Assembly: GCA_038145565.1 (NCBI GenBank)
Contig: JAYQPX010000001.1
Span: 74,255 to 125,799, forward strand
Source of the DNA: Chloroflexota bacterium
Lineage (GTDB): Bacteria; Chloroflexota; Limnocylindria; Limnocylindrales; Limnocylindraceae
Direction: 5' to 3'
DNA length: 51,545 nucleotides
Under the pieces are notes generated by a model, which made no database searches, had not been told where the DNA came from, and saw nothing but the letters and a program-made list of their open reading frames with translations. Shown piece after piece: positions 45,262 to 51,545 of this stretch (its first letter is position 1; the number at the start of each line of letters is the position of its first letter). The position numbers were made by a program, and so were the translations under genes.

Positions 45262-46476
45262 ATGCCCACATTTGCCGATTTGAACCTTGCCCCCGAACTC
45301 TTGCGCGCGGTTGCTGCTGAGGGATATACCGAGCCCACCCCAATCCAGGAGCAGGCGATCCCGCACGTCCTTCAGGGTCGTGACCTACTCGGTGCGGCGC
45401 AGACTGGCACGGGGAAGACCGCCGCATTCGTCTTGCCGATCATGCAACTCCTCAAGCCGTTCGCCACACCATCACCGAGCCCAGCGCGTCACCCCGTTCG
45501 CGCACTTGTCCTGACGCCAACGCGCGAGCTCGCGGTACAGATCTCCGAGAGCTGCACCACCTACGGAAAGCACCTCCCGCTGCGCAGCGGAGTTGTCTAC
45601 GGCGGCGTCCCTATGCCGCCACAGCAGAAGATGCTGCTCGCTGGCGTGGAAATACTCATTGCAACGCCGGGCCGACTTCTTGATCACGCCGGCTCAAAGA
45701 CGGTCAACCTTTCTCAGGTATCCATCCTTGTCCTTGACGAAGCCGACCGCATGCTTGACATGGGCTTTATGCCAGACCTCAAGCGCATCCTTGCGCTGAT
45801 CCCAAAGCGGCGCCAGAGTCTCCTCTTCTCCGCGACCTTCTCTGAACCGATTCGCGCGCTCGCGCACGACTTCCTCCACGACCCGGTGACGGTGGAGGTT
45901 GCGCGACGCAATCAAACCAGCGAAAACGTGCGCCAAGTGATCATGCCAGTAGATGATCGCCGCCGACGCGCGCTGCTCAGCGACCTCCTCAAGACGCGCG
46001 ACTGGGATCAGACGCTCGTCTTCGTGAACCGAAAGATCGAGGCGAATCGCTTGGGTGACTTCCTCCATCGCGACGGGCACAACGTCGTGGAGATCCACGG
46101 CGACAAAGATCAGAAGCAGCGCAACAAGGCACTGGCCGCATTCAAGGCAGGCGAAGCACGCGTGATGGTTGCCACCGATGTTGCAGCGCGCGGACTTGAC
46201 ATTGAGGCGCTCCCCGCCGTGATCAACTACGAACTCCCCTTCGACCCCGAAGACTACGTGCACCGCATCGGCCGCACCGGTCGCGCAGGCGCGCTCGGAG
46301 AAGCGATCAGTTTTGTGGCGCCGGACGAAATGGAGAAGTTGACCCTCGTCCGCAAGCTGACCAAGGCTGCGCTCGCCATCGAGATCCCGATCGGCTACGA
46401 ACCGATCCTGCTCGACTTCCCGCGCGATCTCATCAGCAAGGCTCAGATGGTGCGCCTGCAGCGAGGCCGTCGCTAA
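45262..46476 (+). CDS. rhlE: DEAD-box RNA helicase (RhlE-like)
   Basis: Motifs PTPIQ, AQTGTGKT, PTRELA, TPGRL, DEAD, SAT, ARGLD and HRIGRTGR. Confidence 0.92.
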   Translation: MPTFADLNLAPELLRAVAAEGYTEPTPIQEQAIPHVLQGRDLLGAAQTGTGKTAAFVLPIMQLLKPFATPSPSPARHPVRALVLTPTRELAVQISESCTTYGKHLPLRSGVVYGGVPMPPQQKMLLAGVEILIATPGRLLDHAGSKTVNLSQVSILVLDEADRMLDMGFMPDLKRILALIPKRRQSLLFSATFSEPIRALAHDFLHDPVTVEVARRNQTSENVRQVIMPVDDRRRRALLSDLLKTRDWDQTLVFVNRKIEANRLGDFLHRDGHNVVEIHGDKDQKQRNKALAAFKAGEARVMVATDVAARGLDIEALPAVINYELPFDPEDYVHRIGRTGRAGALGEAISFVAPDEMEKLTLVRKLTKAALAIEIPIGYEPILLDFPRDLISKAQMVRLQRGRR

Positions 46477-46478
46477 TT

Positions 46479-46500
46479 AATCAACGACTTTCGGTTGGTT
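46479..46500. terminator. Weak, possibly bidirectional hairpin between convergent rhlE and PA14 genes
   Basis: AATCAAC...GTTGGTT stem with one G-U pair, flanked by A/T-rich sequence. Confidence 0.35.
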
Positions 46501-46510
46501 CAATTATTGA

Positions 46511-47077
46511 TCAGCGGCGCACAAACCATGAGCTTGGAACTAATTGTATGTCCCCGCCATTGAGTGAATAGAAAAGCGCAACGACCTCTTCGCCTCCGTT
46601 TTCAAAATACCAGGCATCTAGGCTCAAGGTCCTGCGGCCCAAAAGCCTAATCGGATCACTAATGGCGTTCCATTCATCTGGGCCATGCGCGAGCCAATCA
46701 CTGATAACAATATTCTTTCCAAGTTTTAGGTAGAAGCCGTCATCCGAATACACGTAAAAAATGTATTGGCCAGTTCTGCGAGGTCGAATGAAGCCACTAT
46801 AGTGCACTAGAAAATCGTCCGAGGGGCAGTCACGAAATTGTGGCGAAAAATCTTGATCTATATTTTCAACCCAAGTTCGCGCACATAGGTTTCCGAAACT
46901 CCCTTCTACCCAAGGGGCGGTCGCCTGCCACGCATCGTCGTCCCAATCTGGATCTCTTGTATTGTCATAAATTGTCATCCTTATGGTTCCACGACCGATC
47001 GCCAACGTTGGTGTCACGCAAATTGCGAATACAGATACTAGAAGCGTGAAAACAACCAACTTCTTTACAGTATTCAC
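46511..47077 (-). CDS. Secreted stand-alone PA14-domain protein (AT-richer islet)
   Basis: Signal peptide, then F.VHYSGFI...TGQYIFYVYSDDG, DW..HG and YFENGG. GGGAGGA SD before the GTG. Confidence 0.82.
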   Translation of the reverse strand: MNTVKKLVVFTLLVSVFAICVTPTLAIGRGTIRMTIYDNTRDPDWDDDAWQATAPWVEGSFGNLCARTWVENIDQDFSPQFRDCPSDDFLVHYSGFIRPRRTGQYIFYVYSDDGFYLKLGKNIVISDWLAHGPDEWNAISDPIRLLGRRTLSLDAWYFENGGEEVVALFYSLNGGDIQLVPSSWFVRR

Positions 47078-47145
47078 TAATACTTCCTCCCTTATGTGCC
47101 CTTACCAACATGCCCTAGTAGACTCTTGTTTGCAAATTCACCGTG

Positions 47146-47173
47146 AGTCTAACAAGACTATGTGGTGTGTCAA
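47146..47173 (-). promoter_or_regulatory. Sigma70-type promoter for the PA14 gene
   Basis: TTGACA (47173-47168), 16-nt spacer, extended TGn-TAGACT (47151-47146). Confidence 0.65.
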
Positions 47174-47193
47174 CGGTTAGGCAAGCGGCTAGC

Positions 47194-47346
47194 TTCGCAC
47201 TATCAATTCTGGATCAAACCGGTCTCGTTGTGGCGAGTCTGTAACAATTTGGCGCTCCGATAGGGTAGGGAATAATGACATCAACGTCGAATCGATCTTG
47301 CGCGACCTCCTGCGGGACCTGATCCCCAGAGCGCTAACAGTGCGAA
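47194..47346 (+). ncRNA. Candidate structured RNA (long irregular hairpin; 6S-like size) or degenerate foldback element
   Basis: Nested helices found by eye: 47194-201/47339-346, 47207-216/47320-331, 47221-228/47312-319, 47233-237/47297-301, 47247-254/47285-292. G-U pairs favour the plus strand. Confidence 0.4.
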
Positions 47347-47360
47347 TGCGGGGGCTGTCG

Positions 47361-47792
47361 CTAAACGGCACGTGGCTCAATACGCCGGAGCAGCGACGCA
47401 ATGCGCAGTTCTAGCTCATCCCGTACTTCACGATACCTCTCCAGTTGCTGATCTTCGCGTCCGATCGCCTTGGAAGGATCTGGGATCGACCAGTGTTCAC
47501 GGATCGCTGCGTTTGGGAAGGTGGGGCAGGCGGCGTTCGCAGCGTCGCAAACGGTGATCACGTAGTCAAAGCGTTCGTCAAGAAAGCGTTCCAAAGTCTT
47601 GCTGCTCTGCGCCGATGCATCGATGCCGATCTCGGCGAGTACCTTCAGCGCGAACGGCCGCATTTCTGTCTTCTCCGTGCCTGCGCTCTCCACCTGCACG
47701 CGTTCACTAGAGCGAGCGCGCAGGAGCGCCTCCGCCATCTGCGAGCGAGCAGAGTTGTGGGTGCAGAGGAAGAGGACCCGTGGTGCTGCCAT
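47361..47792 (-). CDS. arsC: Arsenate reductase (thioredoxin-coupled, LMW-PTP fold)
   Basis: CTHNSARSQMAE P-loop, ITVCD...CP resolving cysteines and HW.IPDP. ATG 47792. Confidence 0.9.
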   Translation of the reverse strand: MAAPRVLFLCTHNSARSQMAEALLRARSSERVQVESAGTEKTEMRPFALKVLAEIGIDASAQSSKTLERFLDERFDYVITVCDAANAACPTFPNAAIREHWSIPDPSKAIGREDQQLERYREVRDELELRIASLLRRIEPRAV

Positions 47793-47859
47793 GCGAATAG
47801 GATAACACCGTGCGTTACCAGCAGATGAACGAGCGTCGCGGATCAGGGATACTGAGTCG

Positions 47860-48840
47860 ATGAAGCGCGTCGTGAAAAGGCTCCTACAGGTGCTGCTCGT
47901 AGTTGCCCTCCTCCCTTTCCTCGTTGATATCCCTGTCGGTGCAGAAGCGCAACCGGAGGAGCTGCTCGCCACTGGTGCTGCACCGAACGCCAACGTCATC
48001 ACCGTTGAAGGACGCCGCACCGTGGTTGCTACCGCGGGACGAAGTAGCGATCCCGCGCTGATCCTGGTTCACGGATTCGGCGGGAGCACGTTCGGCTGGC
48101 GACACGTCATGGAGCCGCTCGCCGCGAGCGGCTGGTATGTGGTTGCGCTCGACCTGCCGGGTTTCGGACTTGCGGAGAAGGGCTGGGATCAGTCATACGC
48201 GCATGAGTCGCAGGCAGGATACGTCCTCTCCATCATGGATCAGCTGAACATCCAAGACGCCGTGGTTGCGGGACACAGCATGGGCGGGAACGTGGTCTCT
48301 TGGATTGCTGCCATCGCACCTGAACGCGTGCGCGGACTCGCGCTGATTGACGCCGCGATCGTTTCACCGACGGCAACTCGAAACGCTGCTGCAGCAGCGG
48401 CGCTCAGCCTCCCCCCGCTACGTCGCGCGGCCAGGATCATGATTCGCGGTGCCTTTAACGAGGCTACGTTCGGCAATCTGCTCAGCTCTGCGTTCGCCGT
48501 CAAATCTGCCGCCTCACCAGAGACGATCCGCGGATACGCCGCTGCATCACAACTTCCAGAATGGGATTCTGCACTGCTTGGCATCATCCGAGACTCGAGT
48601 GCCAATACGCTTCCGTCTTCAATTGAAGCGGTCGTTGATGGCGCTGACACGCCCATCCCCACGTTGATTCTCTGGGGCGCTGACGACAGTTGGGTGCCCA
48701 TCTCCGCGGGCGAGTCGCTGCGCGACGCGCTCCCGGCTGCAGAGTACGTGGTGCTGCCGGGGCTCGGCCATGTGCCATTCGAAGAGGACCCTGACGCGTT
48801 CACGCAAGCGATGCAGGAGTGGCTCGCCACACTGAAATAG
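47860..48840 (+). CDS. Alpha/beta hydrolase with N-terminal signal/anchor
   Basis: Motifs VHGFGGS, DLPGFG, GHSMGG (nucleophile), WGADD and GHVPFEE. Confidence 0.9.
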   Translation: MKRVVKRLLQVLLVVALLPFLVDIPVGAEAQPEELLATGAAPNANVITVEGRRTVVATAGRSSDPALILVHGFGGSTFGWRHVMEPLAASGWYVVALDLPGFGLAEKGWDQSYAHESQAGYVLSIMDQLNIQDAVVAGHSMGGNVVSWIAAIAPERVRGLALIDAAIVSPTATRNAAAAAALSLPPLRRAARIMIRGAFNEATFGNLLSSAFAVKSAASPETIRGYAAASQLPEWDSALLGIIRDSSANTLPSSIEAVVDGADTPIPTLILWGADDSWVPISAGESLRDALPAAEYVVLPGLGHVPFEEDPDAFTQAMQEWLATLK

Positions 48841-48863
48841 CGTGCAGTGATAGATCAGGTGGT

Positions 48864-48938
48864 TGGCTGGCGCGCTAGGATTCGAACCTAGGATCCCCTG
48901 CTCCAGAGGCAGGTGCCTTACCGCTTGGCCACGCGCCA
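48864..48938 (-). tRNA. tRNA-Gln (CTG)
   Basis: TGGCGCG acceptor stem, GCCAAGCGGTAAGGC D-arm, CCTGC-CT-CTG-GA-GCAGG anticodon arm, GGTTCGAATCC, encoded CCA. Confidence 0.97.
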
Positions 48939-49010
48939 ACGGCTGTGATCGTAGCGCAGCAGGCGCCCCTCGTCAGCCACGTGCATGCGAACAAAGCGAG
49001 AATATGCGTC

Positions 49011-51026
49011 ATGGGCAAGACGAAACAGAAATCTGGAGATCAGCAGATCCTCACCGCGGGCGAGCGACGCACCCTCGCCGCCCTCGCCGAAGGCTTCGTT
49101 CCAGGCGGCGGTGTCGCGCGTGCGCAGGCCGCCGAGCGCGCCTTCGCAACGGTCGTGGACCCTGAGCTTGTGAGTCAACTGCGGCTGGTCCTGCGGCTGA
49201 TCGAGACCCGCGCGGGAAGCCTGCTCATTGGCGGACGAGCGGTCGCGTTCAGCAGTCTGCGCGGCGTCGCGCGTGACACGTACCTCCAGCACTGGGTTCA
49301 GCATCGCATCCCACTGCTTCGCAGCGCCGCATCCGCACTGCGCAAGCTGCTCTGCTTCCTCGCGTATGCCGATGCAGATGCGCCTGGCGATCCGAAGCTG
49401 CAGCAGCGACTTAAATCTATTGGATACAACCCGAAACCGAATCCGGCCACGCGTGATTACTCACGACTCATTGCATTCGATCCTCAACACGCCCAACGCA
49501 TCGCGGTCGAAGTCCTGGTGATCGGCTCTGGCGCTGGCGGCGGCTCCGTGGCTCGGGACCTGGCCCGCGCCGGCAAGAGCGTCATGGTGATCGAAGTTGG
49601 CGCGCTGTACAACGAGCGGACCTTCCCCACGAAAGAGCGTGATGCCTACGAGCGCCTCTACCTTGATTCGGGTTTCACGGCGACGAGCGATGCACATATC
49701 GCCATCCTCGCCGGCGGCACCGTCGGAGGGGGCACCACGGTCAACTGGATGACGTCGATCCCAATCCCCGACCGCGTCCGCACCGAGTGGGAGGAACAGC
49801 ACGGAGTCACAGGCGTTGCATCGGCTCGCTTCAAGCACGATCTCAACGATGTCTTGCGCGAACTCAACACGCAACCATCGGGCGACCTGCCCCCGAAAGA
49901 CGCGGCACTGCTTCGAGGGGTAGAGGCGAAGCGCTGGAGCGGCGAGCGGATCCAGATCAATCGCACCGAGTGCGGCGACTGTGGCACCTGCCCATTCGGG
50001 TGCAAGCGAGGTGCGAAGCAGTCGACGCTTCGCCTCCACTTGCCGCAGGCGCTCGAGGCGGGCGCGCTGCTCATCCCTGACTGCAAGGCGGAGCGACTGA
50101 TCATCCGCGACGGCGCGGTGTGCGGCGCCGTCACCACCTACGGCACCCGTGCGGGGAGCCCGCGCACGTTGGAGATCGTCGCGCCGCAGGTCGTGGTCAG
50201 CGGCGGTGCGCTCCGCACTCCACTGCTGCTACGCCGCAGCGGTCTCACGCACCCGGCCATTGGTCAGAATCTTCGACTCCACCCGGTGACGCTCGCCGCC
50301 GGCATCTTCCCGGAGAAAATCGAGATGTGGCGCGGCACGATGCAGGCAGCTAAGAGCGAAGAGTTCATCAGGCCGACAGAAGACCGAAACGGCTACATCA
50401 TCGAGAGTGCACCAGGGCATCCCGGCCTTCTCGCGCTCGGCATCCCCTGGACGAGCCGCGATGAACATCAGCGACTGATGAAGCTCGCTCCGTACATCGC
50501 ACCCTTCTTGGCGATCGCCAAAGACGACGGCGGCGGGAGCATCAGTGAGACGCGCAACGGATTCGCGAAGATCGACTACCGCACCACGCCGCGCGACGAA
50601 CGCACCTTGCGCGCTGCCCTCGTCTCGCTCGTGAGCGCCGCCGAAGCGGCGGGCGCGGACGAGGTGATCGCCGCTGGATCACCGCCGGTCGCTTGGCGCC
50701 GCCAAGATGGCGTCGAAGCTTTCGAGGTGCTCCAGCGCCGTCTCACCCGCTTCGACTTCTCGCCGAATCGCGGCACCGTCTTCTCCGCGCACCAGATGGG
50801 AACCGCACGCATGGGAAACAGCCCCGTCGACCACGCATGCGACCCGTTCGGCCGCGTTCGCTCCAGCAGCCGTCCACGCGCCACCGATCCGCACGGAGGC
50901 ATGATCAAGGGACTCTACGTTGCGGACGGTTCGCTCTTCCCCACCGCGATCGGCGTCAACCCAATGATCACCATCCTCGCGCTCGCCAAGCGCGTGGCGC
51001 GCACCGTTCTGTCCGACGCGAAATAA
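49011..51026 (+). CDS. GMC oxidoreductase (long-chain alcohol oxidase-like)
   Basis: Motifs IGSGAGG, GGTVGGGTTVNW, CGDCGTCPFGC, GQNLRLHP, SAHQMGTARMG and DGSLFPTAIGVNPMITI. Confidence 0.9.
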   Translation: MGKTKQKSGDQQILTAGERRTLAALAEGFVPGGGVARAQAAERAFATVVDPELVSQLRLVLRLIETRAGSLLIGGRAVAFSSLRGVARDTYLQHWVQHRIPLLRSAASALRKLLCFLAYADADAPGDPKLQQRLKSIGYNPKPNPATRDYSRLIAFDPQHAQRIAVEVLVIGSGAGGGSVARDLARAGKSVMVIEVGALYNERTFPTKERDAYERLYLDSGFTATSDAHIAILAGGTVGGGTTVNWMTSIPIPDRVRTEWEEQHGVTGVASARFKHDLNDVLRELNTQPSGDLPPKDAALLRGVEAKRWSGERIQINRTECGDCGTCPFGCKRGAKQSTLRLHLPQALEAGALLIPDCKAERLIIRDGAVCGAVTTYGTRAGSPRTLEIVAPQVVVSGGALRTPLLLRRSGLTHPAIGQNLRLHPVTLAAGIFPEKIEMWRGTMQAAKSEEFIRPTEDRNGYIIESAPGHPGLLALGIPWTSRDEHQRLMKLAPYIAPFLAIAKDDGGGSISETRNGFAKIDYRTTPRDERTLRAALVSLVSAAEAAGADEVIAAGSPPVAWRRQDGVEAFEVLQRRLTRFDFSPNRGTVFSAHQMGTARMGNSPVDHACDPFGRVRSSSRPRATDPHGGMIKGLYVADGSLFPTAIGVNPMITILALAKRVARTVLSDAK

Positions 51027-51045
51027 CGACGAAAACCAATGAGGT

Positions 51046-51121
51046 TGGAGCGGGAGACGAGACTCGAACTCGCGACATCTTGCTTGGAAGGCAAGTGCTC
51101 TACCAACTGAGCTACTCCCGC
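51046..51121 (-). tRNA. tRNA-Gly (TCC)
   Basis: GCGGGAG acceptor stem, AGCTCAGTTGGTAGAGC, CTTGC-CT-TCC-AA-GCAAG anticodon arm, GTTCGAGTC, encoded CCA. Confidence 0.97.
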
Positions 51122-51545
51122 GCGCGATCCTCAGATGCTAGCAGGGGCTGCGCACCGCGCAAGGTACGCAGTCGGTTTATGCGATCGATGAGCGGGGGGT
51201 GCGTGGCCATGAAGCCGGCCGCGCGGGTCTCGAAGTGCTTCACCGGGTTGACGATATAGAAGTGCGCCGTGGCCTTGGTCGCCACCTCAAGGACCTCCTT
51301 GTCGCCCGCCAGCTTGGCGAGTGCACGCTCCAGGCCTTGAGGGTTGCGCGTCAGCTCAACCCCTGAAGCGTCGGCGAGGTATTCGCGCTGGCGCGAGACG
51401 GCGAGCTGCACCATGCGTGCTGCAATTGGCGCGAGTACGGCGAGGATGATCGTGAGGAAGAAGACGATGATCTGAATGCCGCCGCCCCCCTTCTCGTTGT
51501 CGCGTCGACCCCCGCCCCCGAACATCGCAAATCGGAGCAGCATGT
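51112..51545 (-). CDS. htpX: M48 zinc metalloprotease HtpX (C-terminal part; N-terminus outside window)
   Basis: Motifs AVSRQREYLAD, LTRNP.GL..AL.KL and THPPL..RI.RL. Confidence 0.9.
   Translation of the reverse strand, partial: MLLRFAMFGGGGRRDNEKGGGGIQIIVFFLTIILAVLAPIAARMVQLAVSRQREYLADASGVELTRNPQGLERALAKLAGDKEVLEVATKATAHFYIVNPVKHFETRAAGFMATHPPLIDRINRLRTLRGAQPLLASEDRARE

Noticed and set aside
44974-45338. Apparent head-to-head overlap of rarA and rhlE
   Set aside because: Conserved sequence starts at ATG 45212 (-) and ATG 45262 (+), leaving a 49-bp divergent promoter gap.
47189-47401. 70-aa minus-strand ORF across the PA14-arsC gap
   Set aside because: It starts inside arsC out of frame, has no SD or motif, and the region is better explained by base-pairing.
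48864-51121. tRNA-anchored genomic island or att sites
   Set aside because: No integrase, and I saw no duplicated tRNA 3' end in the window (checked by eye only).
1-51545. CRISPR array, IS element, prophage or anti-phage defence system
   Set aside because: No regularly spaced repeats, and no transposase, integrase, phage or defence-domain motifs recognised; almost all sequence is explained by housekeeping and metabolic genes.

Overview
A densely packed, GC-rich bacterial chromosome segment with about 49 CDS, 2 tRNAs, very short intergenic gaps and many overlapping genes. It looks like a streamlined heterotroph; Chloroflexota (Limnocylindria-like) is my inference from gene content, not something the sequence proves. 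In order, it holds: an F420 cluster (PPOX and LLM oxidoreductases, cofD, a cofC-cofE fusion, no FO synthase); trxB; a polyphosphate/Pho locus (ppk1, CYTH, ppx, phoU, sixA, GDPD, and a PhoR/PhoB-like pair split by proS); gltX; an atypical DtxR-family regulator; a J-domain membrane protein; amino-acid/amine catabolic genes (three class-III aminotransferases, mmsA, a P5C-dehydrogenase-like ALDH, a two-subunit CoA-transferase, an asparaginase-II-like protein); mdh; lgt; a ferritin-like/VIT1 fusion; sufB-sufD-Rieske without sufC; an orphan RND pump; osmC; a Nur-like Fur regulator divergent from a CbiM/NikM-type ECF transporter with a palindromic operator; rarA; rhlE; an AT-richer PA14 islet next to a candidate ~150-190 nt rod-like ncRNA; arsC; an alpha/beta hydrolase; tRNA-Gln(CTG); a GMC oxidoreductase; and tRNA-Gly(TCC), which overlaps the htpX stop codon. 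Many genes have a -10 hexamer 6-8 nt before the start codon, which suggests leaderless mRNAs. I saw no transposase, integrase, phage gene, rRNA or CRISPR array. All calls come from reading motifs by eye; no searches were run.
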